Shown here piece by piece: positions 9,032 to 18,914 of a DNA stretch of 64,000 bases. Each line of letters opens with the position of its first letter. Within the stretch, counting starts at the first letter, position 1. The position numbers were made by a program, and so were the translations under genes. The DNA comes from a virus (lineage: Duplodnaviria > Caudoviricetes): positions 1,358-65,357 of the IMG/VR virus record IMGVR_UViG_3300015603_000051; one strand, written 5' to 3'. The notes under the pieces are model-generated. The model did not search any database. It was not told the origin of the DNA and saw only the letters and a list, made by a program, of their open reading frames with translations.

Positions 9032-9988
9032 ATGGACCCAGAAAACTTAGTAGAAGACAACACGGAAGTGGAAGTTTCCATTGTTGACGATACGCCTGTC
9101 GAAGACAGGAACCGAAAACCGTTAGACCATGATGCTTTGGCTAAAGATGACGAAGCGGAGCAGTACAGTGCCGGCGTCAAGAAGCGGATGGGAGAGCTGC
9201 GTCGCCAAGCCCACGAAGAACGCCGTGTAAAAGAAGCGGCCATGCGTGAGCGTGACGAGGCAATTAGCTTCGCTAAGCGAGTCGCTGCGGAGTCGGGTGT
9301 CCTGAAGAAAAGGCTTACTCATGGCGAGGCAAGTTACGCCGGTGAAGTGAAGTCGAAAGCGGAAACCACGATCGAAATGGCCAAGCGGAGGTACAAAGAC
9401 GCGTACGAATCAGGTGACGCGGACAAGATGGCTGAAGCGCAAGAAGACCTCACAAATGCAACAATTGCGAAGTCTAATGCTGAAAAATGGCAAAATCATG
9501 CGAATCAGCAAGTAAATGCTTTACAAGAAGACACTAATGATGTATATATACCACAAACGCGTCAAGAAAGTCCTAGACAAGCGCCGGTAGATACACGAGC
9601 GAGTGATTGGGCCAGCGAGAATGAGTGGTTTGGGTCTGAACCTGAAATGACTTCATTAGCGTACGGCGTGCACGAAAAGTTACTTAAAGCAGGTATTCAT
9701 CCCGATGCGGATGCTGACGAGTATTACGAGGCAATCAACTCAGCAATGAGAAAACGATTCCCGGAATATTCTTGGTCTGATTCTGAAACAGGACAGACAA
9801 CCACGAAACACAAACAGGCTGCCCAGCCTGCTGCCAAAAAACCCATGACTAATGTTGCACCTGTGACTCGTTCGAGCGCAGGCAAAAACAAAGTTGTGCT
9901 GACCAGAACGCAAGTCAGTCTTGCGGAGAAGTTCGGACTTACTCCAGAACAGTATGCCCGCGAACTTATTAAATTGAATGGAGCTTAA
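9032..9988 (+). CDS. probable capsid scaffolding protein
   Basis: Acidic coiled-coil protein upstream of the capsid genes; W...NEWFG and C-terminal A..FGLTPEQYA. Confidence 0.65.
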   Translation: MDPENLVEDNTEVEVSIVDDTPVEDRNRKPLDHDALAKDDEAEQYSAGVKKRMGELRRQAHEERRVKEAAMRERDEAISFAKRVAAESGVLKKRLTHGEASYAGEVKSKAETTIEMAKRRYKDAYESGDADKMAEAQEDLTNATIAKSNAEKWQNHANQQVNALQEDTNDVYIPQTRQESPRQAPVDTRASDWASENEWFGSEPEMTSLAYGVHEKLLKAGIHPDADADEYYEAINSAMRKRFPEYSWSDSETGQTTTKHKQAAQPAAKKPMTNVAPVTRSSAGKNKVVLTRTQVSLAEKFGLTPEQYARELIKLNGA

Positions 9989-9990
9989 TC

Positions 9991-10443
9991 ATGACCACTA
10001 ACCGTACCCCCCGTGATTTAACTACGCGTGAAAAAAGTACGAGGCCAGCATCTTGGCAAGTGCCTGATACGCTCCCGACACCGACTCCGCAGGAAGGTTG
10101 GGTGTTTCGCTGGATTAGGTCTGCAACACTAGGCCAAGCTGACCCGACGAACATACATCGTTCACGTCGTGAAGGCTGGGAACCGGTCCGAGCAGAAGAC
10201 CATCCAGAAATCGCCATTATGGGTCTTGGCGCGCAGCATAAGGATGCAGGGATTGAAGTTGGCGGGTTGATTCTTTGTAAAGCCCCAGCCGAGTTTATGC
10301 AGCAACGCGCTGCGCACTATTCTCAGCTTACGGAACAGCAAACACTAGCCGTCGACAACAACCTGATGAAAGAAAACGATCCGCGCATGCCTCTGTTTTC
10401 AGAACGCAAGTCGTCAACCTCGTTTGGTAATGGCACCAAGTAA
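9991..10443 (+). CDS. head-module protein
   Basis: FRWIR, REGWEPVRAEDHPE and GGLILCK motifs; position in the head cluster. Confidence 0.7.
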   Translation: MTTNRTPRDLTTREKSTRPASWQVPDTLPTPTPQEGWVFRWIRSATLGQADPTNIHRSRREGWEPVRAEDHPEIAIMGLGAQHKDAGIEVGGLILCKAPAEFMQQRAAHYSQLTEQQTLAVDNNLMKENDPRMPLFSERKSSTSFGNGTK

Positions 10444-10475
10444 TTGGGGCTCCCTTTAATAGATAGGAGAATGAT

Positions 10476-11078
10476 ATGAGTGCTACTGCAGCTCCGTACG
10501 GCCTGAAGCCCGTCGGACTCATTGGTGGTCAACCGTATACCGGAGCTTTCCGGGAATACAAGATGACTGTCAATTCCGCGACCGGTATTTTTAACGGCGA
10601 CATTGTTGGCCTGAAAGCCGGCCAACCAACCGCAGGTGCCGCATCGCCTACGACCACCATCAGCGACAACACCCCAATCGGTGTTTGCGTCGGTGTTCGT
10701 TATGTGACCCCGGGCCTGAAACAACCAATGCACGCACAGTTCTTGCCTGCAGGTGCCATCACTGCTGGCTACACAGATGTGTTCATCAAAATCGTCGATG
10801 ATCCAGATGTTGTATTCATGGTGCAAGGTGCTGGTTCCATTGATCGTGCTGATATTGGCTTGAATGCTGCGCTGGGTAACTTTGGCGCTGGTTCTACCGT
10901 TACTGGCAACTCGAAGATCAACCTCGTCGATCCTGCTGCAACCAACACCCTCGCGATGCGTGTGGTAGATGTTGTGGACAATATCGGCAACGGTTCGGTC
11001 CCCGGTGATGCTTACACTGATGTGCTCGTTAAATTTAACGTCGGCGTCCATCAGTATAACGTCGTTCTTGGCCAATAA
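10476..11078 (+). CDS. capsid decoration/minor capsid protein
   Basis: AGGAG RBS; PYGLKP N-terminus; beta-rich; immediately before the major capsid gene. Confidence 0.65.
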   Translation: MSATAAPYGLKPVGLIGGQPYTGAFREYKMTVNSATGIFNGDIVGLKAGQPTAGAASPTTTISDNTPIGVCVGVRYVTPGLKQPMHAQFLPAGAITAGYTDVFIKIVDDPDVVFMVQGAGSIDRADIGLNAALGNFGAGSTVTGNSKINLVDPAATNTLAMRVVDVVDNIGNGSVPGDAYTDVLVKFNVGVHQYNVVLGQ

Positions 11079-11090
11079 AGGAGAATACTC

Positions 11091-12002
11091 ATGGCTGCTA
11101 TTAGTCGTTCGCAATTACTGAAGGAACTCCTGCCGGGACTGAACGCCCTGTTTGGTATGGAGTACAACCGTTATGCTGAAGAGCATAAGGAAATCTATTC
11201 GATCGAAAAATCGGATCGCTCCTTCGAAGAAGAAGTAAAACTGTCCGGTTTCGGTGCTGCGCCTACCAAGGCTGAAGGCGCTGGAATCTCCTACGATTCC
11301 GCACAGGAAGCGTTCACCGCTCGCTACACACATGAAACCATCGCCCTTGGCTTTGCGATTACTGAAGAAGCAGTCGAAGATAACCTCTACGATTCGCTGT
11401 CAGCTCGCTACACCAAAGCGCTGGCCCGTGCCATGGCCTACACCAAGCAAGTCAAAGCTGCGTCCTTACTGAACAACGCGTTCAGTGGTTCGTACTTGAT
11501 GGGTGACGGCGTGGCTCTGTGTTCGGTATCCCATCCAACCGTCGGCGGCGCCGTAAACGCCAATACCCCGTCGGTGCAGGCAGACTTGAATGAGACTTCG
11601 CTGGAAGCAGCAATCATCCAAATCGCCGGCTGGAAGGACGAGCGTGGTCTATTGATCGCTGCTAAACCAGTGAAATTGATTCTCCCACCTGCGCTTCAGT
11701 TCGTTGCAACTCGCTTGCTGCAAACCGAAGGCCGCGTAGGTACGGCAGACAATGATCTGAACGCACTGAAAACCAATGGCGCCATCCCCGGCGGCTATTC
11801 CATCAACCACTGGCTGACAGACACCAACGCTTGGTTTATCAAAACCGACGTTCCAAACGGCGCCAAAATGTTTGAGCGCGTGAAGTTGGCTCAATCGATG
11901 GACGGTGATTTTGATACCGGCAATGTAAGATATAAAGCTCGCGAGCGTTATAGCTTCGGTATCTCCGATCCGCTGGCCATGTGGGGTTCGTCAGGTAGCT
12001 AA
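11091..12002 (+). CDS. major capsid protein
   Basis: ISRSQLLKELLPGLNALFG, SDRSFEEE, DFDTGNVRYKARERYSFG motifs; strong RBS; followed by a terminator. Confidence 0.92.
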   Translation: MAAISRSQLLKELLPGLNALFGMEYNRYAEEHKEIYSIEKSDRSFEEEVKLSGFGAAPTKAEGAGISYDSAQEAFTARYTHETIALGFAITEEAVEDNLYDSLSARYTKALARAMAYTKQVKAASLLNNAFSGSYLMGDGVALCSVSHPTVGGAVNANTPSVQADLNETSLEAAIIQIAGWKDERGLLIAAKPVKLILPPALQFVATRLLQTEGRVGTADNDLNALKTNGAIPGGYSINHWLTDTNAWFIKTDVPNGAKMFERVKLAQSMDGDFDTGNVRYKARERYSFGISDPLAMWGSSGS

Positions 12003-12030
12003 TAAGTCTTTAGTATTTAAAGGACTGTTT

Positions 12031-12058
12031 AAACCGCCCTTCGGGGCGGTTTTTATTT
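12031..12058 (+). terminator. Rho-independent terminator
   Basis: AAACCGCCC-TTCG-GGGCGGTTT followed by a T-rich tail. Confidence 0.9.
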
Positions 12059-12081
12059 GTGTGTTACACCGCATAAATTTA

Positions 12082-12110
12082 TTGACAAAATGAGTTAATA
12101 CACGTATAAG
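12082..12110 (+). promoter_or_regulatory. sigma70-like promoter
   Basis: TTGACA-17 nt-TATAAG after the capsid terminator. Confidence 0.6.
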
Positions 12111-12190
12111 TATTTTAACGCTCAGACTGCTTAACCTAAGCAGACTCGGTAGTAGACTGAGCCCCTACAACACTACCAAAGGAAATTATC

Positions 12191-12442
12191 ATGTCTAGGT
12201 CTACGTTCTCAGGACCAGTCGCGCCCACAAATGGCTTCGAAGGCAACCTCACAGGCAATGTCGCCGGTGTAGTAACCCCTTCAATCTCCACCATCGCAGC
12301 CCTTCCCGCAGCCGCAGCAGGCAATGCTGGTCAAATTCGCCTTGTTAGCGACGCTGTTAGTGGCGCAGCTGCTACGCCTGTTGTATCTACCGGTGCAGCA
12401 TGGATTGACCTGATTACAGGCATCGCTGCTACTGCAACCTAA
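12191..12442 (+). CDS. small virion structural protein
   Basis: AAGGA RBS; MSRSTFSGPV N-terminus. Confidence 0.7.
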   Translation: MSRSTFSGPVAPTNGFEGNLTGNVAGVVTPSISTIAALPAAAAGNAGQIRLVSDAVSGAAATPVVSTGAAWIDLITGIAATAT

Positions 12443-12454
12443 TAGGAGAACGAC

Positions 12455-12775
12455 ATGAGTTCGTTTTCTGAAACAATTACCGCAAATGGTGCCACTCCAG
12501 TTCTAGGGAAGTGGTTCGCGCTGGATTCAAAGCAACCGTCATGTGAAGTGGGCATTGGTTGCACTGTGACAGGGACCGTCACTTACGCCGTCGAGCACAC
12601 CTACGACGATGTTTTGAATCCTTCCGTTACGCCTGTTGCGTTTACTCACGCGACGATAACCGGCAAATCTGCCGCGTTTGAAGGTTCCTACTCGACCCCC
12701 GTAAAAGCGTTTCGTGTAAAAACGACTGCTGGCACAGGGACGGTGACAATCAAAGCAGTTCAATTTGGAGTCTGA
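12455..12775 (+). CDS. hypothetical beta-rich virion protein
   Basis: AGGAG RBS; in the structural operon. Confidence 0.7.
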   Translation: MSSFSETITANGATPVLGKWFALDSKQPSCEVGIGCTVTGTVTYAVEHTYDDVLNPSVTPVAFTHATITGKSAAFEGSYSTPVKAFRVKTTAGTGTVTIKAVQFGV

Positions 12776-12776
12776 T

Positions 12777-13199
12777 ATGGCCACAAAGAAACCTAACCCA
12801 TTCATGAAAATGATCGCGGAAAAGAAAGACAAAGCAGGCGACAAAAAAGCCGGCTTGAAAGAAGGTAGCAAGAAGGACATGGCTACTGACAAAAAGAAGG
12901 GCTTCGCTGCTGGCGGAGGCGTACCACCAATGCCGCCTAGCCCTGCTGGCGGGCGCGCGTTCCCCGGGGTAGGTCGCGGGATGGCTCCCTCCAGCCCCAG
13001 TCGCCCTAGTTTTTCTAGTTCTCCGCGTCCGTCAGCACCCCCCGCACCTCCTGCTGGCGGCGCACCTACTGCGCCCCTCCGTCCGAGCTGGTCATCCCCC
13101 AGTTCAGGCAGCGCGCTAATAGGGAAGAAGGTAGGCGCTGTGGGAATGGGAATGGGCATGAAAAAAGGCGGCAAGGTAAAGGCAAAAGGTAAGTGCTAA
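12777..13199 (+). CDS. Lys/Pro-rich low-complexity protein, possible internal head protein
   Basis: GGAG before ATG 12777; basic termini with FAAGG and MKKGGKV motifs; ends before a terminator. Confidence 0.6.
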   Translation: MATKKPNPFMKMIAEKKDKAGDKKAGLKEGSKKDMATDKKKGFAAGGGVPPMPPSPAGGRAFPGVGRGMAPSSPSRPSFSSSPRPSAPPAPPAGGAPTAPLRPSWSSPSSGSALIGKKVGAVGMGMGMKKGGKVKAKGKC

Positions 13200-13204
13200 A
13201 CAAG

Positions 13205-13229
13205 CGGGGGATTCGTCCCCCGTCTTTTT
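13205..13229 (+). terminator. Rho-independent terminator
   Basis: CGGGGGA-TTCG-TCCCCCG-TCTTTTT. Confidence 0.85.
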
Positions 13230-13237
13230 AAGGGAAC

Positions 13238-13924
13238 GTGATGGCTACAGCGACGTACACGATGGACCTAGCAGAAATCATTGAAGAGGCTTTCGAGCGC
13301 GCTTCGGGCGGTACACGCGAGCTGCGTTCCGGGTACGACTACAAGACAGCAAAGCGCTCACTGAACATGCTGATGATGGAGTGGGCGAACCGCGGATTAA
13401 ATTTATGGACTTTCGAAGAAGGCTCAGTCGCGCTCGTACAGGGCACAAGTGCCTACGTCATGCCAGCGGACACCGTGGACTTGATCGAGTTTTCTATCCG
13501 GCAGAATGAAGGCACGACCAATCAGACCGACCTACCGATGCAGCGAGTATCCGTTTCTACGCATGCGGCGATACCAAACAAGCTAGTGCAAGGGCGCCCG
13601 ACACAGGTGTTCGTGCAGAGGGGCGTAACCGCCCCCACAGTCAACGTATGGCCCATCCCTGACACAAACACCTACAAGCTGGTGTACTGGCGCCTACGGC
13701 GCATACAGGACGCTGGTGAGACGGGTGCCGCGACAATGGATGTACCGTTTAGATTCGTACCTGCGATGGTCGCTGGGCTGGCGTTTCATATCGCCCAGAA
13801 AATTCCACAAGGTGAGGCTCGCGCGCAGCTGCTGAACGCAGCTTATGAGCAGGCGTTTTCTCTGGCGGCAGATGAAGATCGCGATAGGTCAACCATCCGA
13901 TTTGTCCCAAGGATACGGCGATGA
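13238..13924 (+). CDS. head-tail adaptor-like protein
   Basis: IEEAFER, A.RSLN....EWANRGLNLW, VPFRF.P..VAGLA motifs; position. Confidence 0.6.
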   Translation: MMATATYTMDLAEIIEEAFERASGGTRELRSGYDYKTAKRSLNMLMMEWANRGLNLWTFEEGSVALVQGTSAYVMPADTVDLIEFSIRQNEGTTNQTDLPMQRVSVSTHAAIPNKLVQGRPTQVFVQRGVTAPTVNVWPIPDTNTYKLVYWRLRRIQDAGETGAATMDVPFRFVPAMVAGLAFHIAQKIPQGEARAQLLNAAYEQAFSLAADEDRDRSTIRFVPRIRR

Positions 13925-14226
13925 ACAAGTTTGCATCCGGCAAGCACGCGAAGGGCACATGTGATGTGTGTGGCTTCACGACGAAGATGAACGCGCTGAA
14001 GGCGCTGATTGTGAAGGGGAAGACGACGGGGGTGCTCGCTTGCGAGCCCTGCTGGGTCCCAGACCATCCGCAACTTCATATCGGAGAACGTAAGGTGGTA
14101 GATGCTCAATCCCTGCGCCGGCCACGCCCAGATGTATCCAGAGAAGCGTCGCGCAACATCGCTTGGGGTTGGAACCCGATATGTGGAGCAGCAGCAGTAT
14201 CTGAGATAGGACAGGTCACAGTATGA
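13921..14226 (+). CDS. small Cys-containing protein
   Basis: CDVCGF, C..CW.PDHPQ and RP.PD motifs; ATGA overlaps at both ends. Confidence 0.7.
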   Translation: MNKFASGKHAKGTCDVCGFTTKMNALKALIVKGKTTGVLACEPCWVPDHPQLHIGERKVVDAQSLRRPRPDVSREASRNIAWGWNPICGAAAVSEIGQVTV

Positions 14227-14861
14227 ATTACACCGAACTCGTAGCATCGATGCAGGACTACCTACAGACAGACGAGGCTTCGTTTGTCACGCACATCCCT
14301 ACGTTTGTGCAGACGGTAGAAAATCGCATCTACAACGAAATACAGCTGCCGGCTTTACGCAAAAATGCTGTAGGTGAGTTTACTGACGGAAATCGCTACC
14401 TGACTTTACCTGACGACTTTCTAGCTCCGTTCTCACTGGCAACGATCGATCCGACAACAGGCGTATATAACTATGTGCTGTTTAAAGACGTGAACTTGGT
14501 ACGTGAAATGTATGCTGACCCGACGGTCAAGGCGGTGCCGAAGATTTACGGGCTGTTCGATGCCAACACGGCCATAGTCGGGCCAACGCCAAACAAGGAC
14601 TTTGGGGCCGAGCTGCACTATTTCTACTACCCGGAGAGTCTGGTCACTGCCGGCACAAGCTGGGTCGCCACGAACTTCCCATCAGTAATTTTGTATGGCT
14701 GCCTGTCTGAAGGGTATCGCTACCTGAAGGGCGACGAAGCCATGCAGAAAGTGTACGACGAACAATACAAAGAGGCACTTAGCTTGCTGCGCAAGTTGGG
14801 TGAAGGACGCAATCGCGGCGACGCGTACCGCGACGGGCAGGCGAAGCTAAAAGTTTCGTAA
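14223..14861 (+). CDS. tail adaptor-like protein
   Basis: MNYTEL...QDY, E.RIY, GPTP, LYGCL.E motifs; position. Confidence 0.6.
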   Translation: MNYTELVASMQDYLQTDEASFVTHIPTFVQTVENRIYNEIQLPALRKNAVGEFTDGNRYLTLPDDFLAPFSLATIDPTTGVYNYVLFKDVNLVREMYADPTVKAVPKIYGLFDANTAIVGPTPNKDFGAELHYFYYPESLVTAGTSWVATNFPSVILYGCLSEGYRYLKGDEAMQKVYDEQYKEALSLLRKLGEGRNRGDAYRDGQAKLKVS

Positions 14862-14871
14862 GGAGAAAGAC

Positions 14872-15306
14872 ATGGCTTTTAATGGATCGACATATTGTGT
14901 GAGCTACTTGAAGGAGCTGATGCTGGCAACGCACAATCACGCCGTCGGAGGGAACGTATTCAAGATGGCGCTGTATACCGACGCTGCAACGCTGGACGAG
15001 ACAACGACTGTCTACTCTGATGTGGACGAAATCGTTGGCACAAGCTACGTGGCGGGCGGGATAACGCTGGTGAATATTGATCCTGTCGCGAGCGCAACGA
15101 AAGCCTATACCCAGTTCGAGAACCCTGTGATTCTGAACGCCACAGTGACTGCTAGAGGGGGGCTGATTTACAACTCAACCAACGGCAACAAGGCCGTGGC
15201 GGTAATCGATTTTGGGTCGGACAAGACGGTAGTAGGCGCTGATTTCACCATCACAATGCCTTTGTTTACTGATACAACCGCACTGCTGCGTATAGCTGCA
15301 GCATAA
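14872..15306 (+). CDS. tail/fibre-associated structural protein
   Basis: FKMALYT, YVAGG, TARGGLIYN, VIDFGSDK motifs. Confidence 0.65.
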   Translation: MAFNGSTYCVSYLKELMLATHNHAVGGNVFKMALYTDAATLDETTTVYSDVDEIVGTSYVAGGITLVNIDPVASATKAYTQFENPVILNATVTARGGLIYNSTNGNKAVAVIDFGSDKTVVGADFTITMPLFTDTTALLRIAAA

Positions 15307-15319
15307 TTAGGAGAGCATC

Positions 15320-15757
15320 ATGGCAGCATATAATAAATTTCTAGATTTCTCAGAGCAACTTATCAAAGGCGTACACGACTGGGACGCGCATGTGTTCAAG
15401 GTTGCGCTTACCAACGTACTACCTGTAAATACGCAGGTATCACTTGATACCGTCACTGCACACGCCGCCCCTGCTGCGGCGAATGGGTACTCGGCAGGCG
15501 GCACCGCCACGACGATCGCAGTCAGTGAGGCGGCTGGCACCACGACGGTTACAGGCACGCAGGTAGTGTTTACAGCGACAGCTGGCGGCATTGGCCCGTT
15601 TAGATACGCCATCGTATATAACGACACGGCAACTTCACCTGCTGATGCGCTGGTATGTTGGTTTGACTATGGGGCGGCAACAACGCTAGCTGTGAACGAA
15701 ACATTGACTGTTAAATTTAATGACGCTAGCCCCGGCGCGATCTTAACCTTGGCGTAA
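15320..15757 (+). CDS. tail/fibre-associated structural protein, apparent paralog of the upstream gene
   Basis: FKVALT, GYSAGG, YAIVYN and FDYG align with 14872..15306. Confidence 0.65.
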   Translation: MAAYNKFLDFSEQLIKGVHDWDAHVFKVALTNVLPVNTQVSLDTVTAHAAPAAANGYSAGGTATTIAVSEAAGTTTVTGTQVVFTATAGGIGPFRYAIVYNDTATSPADALVCWFDYGAATTLAVNETLTVKFNDASPGAILTLA

Positions 15758-15768
15758 TGGAGTAAAGC

Positions 15769-17208
15769 ATGGCTCTTATCATTGCCGACCGCATACTAGA
15801 AACGTCAACCACGACAGGCACTGGCGCGCTCACGCTCGCGGGGGCCAAGACTGGTTTTCGCACATTCGCCTCAGTATGCTCCGTTAGTGATATGTGCTTT
15901 TACGCTATCCAAGCAGAAGATGTTTCTGGTATCGCTACTGGGCAGTGGGAGGCTGGGCTCGGCACATATTCAAGCGCAAACACGCTTACGCGCACAACCG
16001 TGTACGCATCCAGCACAGGCACAGCGGTATCGTTCTCGGCTGGAACGAAAGCCGTATGGCTTGATGTAACTGCGGCGCAGACTACGATGATGTGGGATAT
16101 GGCTAACAATTCACTGCCATTTCAGGGAGGCACGCTGACTGGTAGTTTGAATTTTTCTGGTGTTGGAGCAAGAATTACTGGTGATTTTAGTAACGCCACT
16201 GGTGCTCTAAGAACCTCGTTCCAGTCGAACGTAGTTAATGGAACAACCTTGCCTTACATAATCCCAAATGGAACCGGAACAACCGCAGGTATTGTTGCCA
16301 CAAATTCTTCTGACCCCACTAATTGCTCATTCGGCGCTTTCTTAACAAATGGCGCGACTGATGTTCGCATCCAGTCAGGCGCATTTGGCACAGGCACTAA
16401 CCTTCCATTAGCCTTTATCACAAGTGGTTTAGAGAGACTACGGGTTGGAGAGAACGGCGCATTGGCAACTGCCGTTAGTGAAGCAGGTTTGTACACTGGT
16501 AGAGGAGTCCTGACGGATATATATGGGTATGGCGGTATTAAATTTTATGATGAAACAAGCGGCAATTTAGAAATCTACTCCCAAAGAGCAAGTGCCACTT
16601 ATGGAAATATTAAATTTACCACAACCGCGACGCATCTGGAAAGATTACAAATTGAGTATGGGGGAATAGTACGTCCCGGAGGAAACAATACACAATCGCT
16701 TGGGTCTGCGTCTTACCGCTGGTCAACCGTGTACGCAGGCACTGGAACGATTAATACGTCCGACGCGCGAGAAAAGACAAGAGTACGTCCTCTAACCCTT
16801 TCTGAAATCGCAGCAGCGAAACAACTTGCAAGCGAAATCGGCGCATTCCAGTTCCTTTCGGCAGTAGCTGATAAAGGCGATTTGGCGCGTGAGCATATTG
16901 GTATGACGGTGCAACGAGCCATAGAAATCATGGAATCCCACGGTCTTGACCCATTCAATTATGGGTTCATTTGCTATGACGCATGGGAAAAACAAACCTT
17001 AGAACATCCGGATAGCTATGAGCAAATTCAAATGCCAGAAACTGAAACAGAGCCAGCTCGAACAGGGAACGGTGCCTTAATTAAGGCTGCTTGGACAGAA
17101 ACGCTTCTTGAAGCGGGTGATCGCTATAGTTTTAGATCAGATGAATTACTGTTATTTGTTGCGCGTGGATTTGAAGCAAGACTTGCTGCATTGGAGGCAA
17201 GGCCATGA
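15769..17208 (+). CDS. tail fibre/spike with C-terminal intramolecular chaperone (peptidase S74-like)
   Basis: ADRILETSTTTGTG N-terminus; LGSASYRWSTVYA..GTINTSDAREK cleavage motif; HIG..VQ; C-terminal RLAALE coil. Confidence 0.85.
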   Translation: MALIIADRILETSTTTGTGALTLAGAKTGFRTFASVCSVSDMCFYAIQAEDVSGIATGQWEAGLGTYSSANTLTRTTVYASSTGTAVSFSAGTKAVWLDVTAAQTTMMWDMANNSLPFQGGTLTGSLNFSGVGARITGDFSNATGALRTSFQSNVVNGTTLPYIIPNGTGTTAGIVATNSSDPTNCSFGAFLTNGATDVRIQSGAFGTGTNLPLAFITSGLERLRVGENGALATAVSEAGLYTGRGVLTDIYGYGGIKFYDETSGNLEIYSQRASATYGNIKFTTTATHLERLQIEYGGIVRPGGNNTQSLGSASYRWSTVYAGTGTINTSDAREKTRVRPLTLSEIAAAKQLASEIGAFQFLSAVADKGDLAREHIGMTVQRAIEIMESHGLDPFNYGFICYDAWEKQTLEHPDSYEQIQMPETETEPARTGNGALIKAAWTETLLEAGDRYSFRSDELLLFVARGFEARLAALEARP

Positions 17209-17813
17209 GCTTCATTCTCAAATGGCTCACCTTCGCTGTCGTCCTGCTTGTATGGGGATTTGCCACCCTCCTTTCCACGCTGATCTATATTCCCTCCCTA
17301 CTTGTCATCGGCTGGATACTCGCCGCTTTCTGCGACGAAGATGGCAACCTGATCTACGGACGCAAGCTATGGCAGACCTTCGATGCGTCTTGTGATGAAG
17401 GGCGTAACTGTCGTCAACGTGAGCTTGCTGCTGGACTAGGTGGTGATACATGGACAGCCTTCAATGCCTTCCCGCTAACCGCTTGGGAAGATTATAAAAA
17501 CCGCGCATTATGGCTTTTCCGTAACTCCTGCTACGGCTGGTCTTACTACGTTTTCGGTATCCCTTGGGTGAAAGCCGACTGGACGATTCATACCTACGAG
17601 GACACACCAGAGCGCACCTTCTTCTTTGCCACTTCTGGCTACGCTTTCAATTTGTACTACCACGGCAGATGGGGTATGTATAAGCTAGGCTGGAAAGCTT
17701 GGAATGTCCATACAGTAGTTGCTGGTATAGCTATATTCACTGATAATGCCGGCATGGGCGGGTTAGGTAGAATCCCATTGGTTATCTCGGCAAATCCTTT
17801 CAAGAGGAAATAA
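17205..17813 (+). CDS. Trp-rich membrane-anchored hypothetical protein
   Basis: Hydrophobic N-terminus; WQTFD, WLFRN, LGWK motifs. Confidence 0.65.
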   Translation: MSFILKWLTFAVVLLVWGFATLLSTLIYIPSLLVIGWILAAFCDEDGNLIYGRKLWQTFDASCDEGRNCRQRELAAGLGGDTWTAFNAFPLTAWEDYKNRALWLFRNSCYGWSYYVFGIPWVKADWTIHTYEDTPERTFFFATSGYAFNLYYHGRWGMYKLGWKAWNVHTVVAGIAIFTDNAGMGGLGRIPLVISANPFKRK

Positions 17814-17816
17814 AAA

Positions 17817-18905
17817 GTGCTAGGTTTACGCCCCTTATCAGCAAGCCCTATACGCGCCATTGTACGGCAGCTGTCGGTATCGCTTGAGGCCGGCGCGTAT
17901 GTAGTTTCTGGGACGTCTAGTACGGCAGTAAAAGCTAGAATAGTTTCTACTAATGCGGGTGTATATGCAGTAACGGGTGTCCAGAACTCGTTAGTGCGAA
18001 CTAGAATTCTAACTACAGTGGTTGGGTCGTATACCGCCACAGGTGCCGCAAACACACTTACGCTGGCAAGAAGGCTCCCAACGGTAGTTGGGGGGTACGC
18101 CATATCAGGCGCCCAAAACTCATTCACGCGCACACTAGCGCTCGCTACAGCTACGCGGGCATATACCATATCAGGTGCAGGTAGTACAGCTGTGCTAGGT
18201 ATAGTGCGCACCACTGCCACCGGCGCATATGCAGTTACAGGCGCTCAGAGTTCATTCATACGCTCGCTAGTTCTACCGGCAGCAGTGGGTAGCTACGCAA
18301 CTGCAGGTGCAACGGCGGGGCTGCGGGTTGAGCATATACTCCGCACGGCTCCACAGGCATACTCTATAGCAGGAGTTTCTGTCGGCGTAACAGTCGGAAG
18401 AGTAAGTTCAACTACCGTCGGCACGTATAGTGTAGTAGGTATCCCTTTAGTATTTTTACGTGGAACTGCATTACAAGCATCCGCTGGCATATACGACATT
18501 CAAGGCGTACAAGCAACAATGGTGCGCGACTGCCCATTGCCATTAGAAGCGGGCATATATTCTTTTGCTGGATATCCTGTAGGTGTAGCACTCGCAATTT
18601 ACCCCGCAGGAGTAGAAGCCACAGCGACAGCTGGTGTAGTGGGCGCTGCTGGTAGGTTTGATATAGATGGCGTACTAGCACTGTTCTCGCTGGGCGGAAC
18701 GCACGTACATGTGCCTTGGTATTCTGCGCAGGACCAGCAGGTCGGTCCGTGGGGTGCAGTTACAGACGCGCAAAGCAATGTATGGAGCGCAGCACAGGAT
18801 TCTCAGGCAAATGCGTGGGTAGACGTGAATGATTCGCAAGCCGGCGGCTGGACCGCTGCCCCTGAAACCCAATCTGGTTCTTGGAACCAAATAAATACAC
18901 AATAG
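17817..18905 (+). CDS. repeat-containing virion protein
   Basis: About 11 repeats of 22 aa (GxYxxxG) and six Trp repeats at 11-aa spacing. Confidence 0.7.
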   Translation: MLGLRPLSASPIRAIVRQLSVSLEAGAYVVSGTSSTAVKARIVSTNAGVYAVTGVQNSLVRTRILTTVVGSYTATGAANTLTLARRLPTVVGGYAISGAQNSFTRTLALATATRAYTISGAGSTAVLGIVRTTATGAYAVTGAQSSFIRSLVLPAAVGSYATAGATAGLRVEHILRTAPQAYSIAGVSVGVTVGRVSSTTVGTYSVVGIPLVFLRGTALQASAGIYDIQGVQATMVRDCPLPLEAGIYSFAGYPVGVALAIYPAGVEATATAGVVGAAGRFDIDGVLALFSLGGTHVHVPWYSAQDQQVGPWGAVTDAQSNVWSAAQDSQANAWVDVNDSQAGGWTAAPETQSGSWNQINTQ

Positions 18906-18914
18906 AGGACAATT

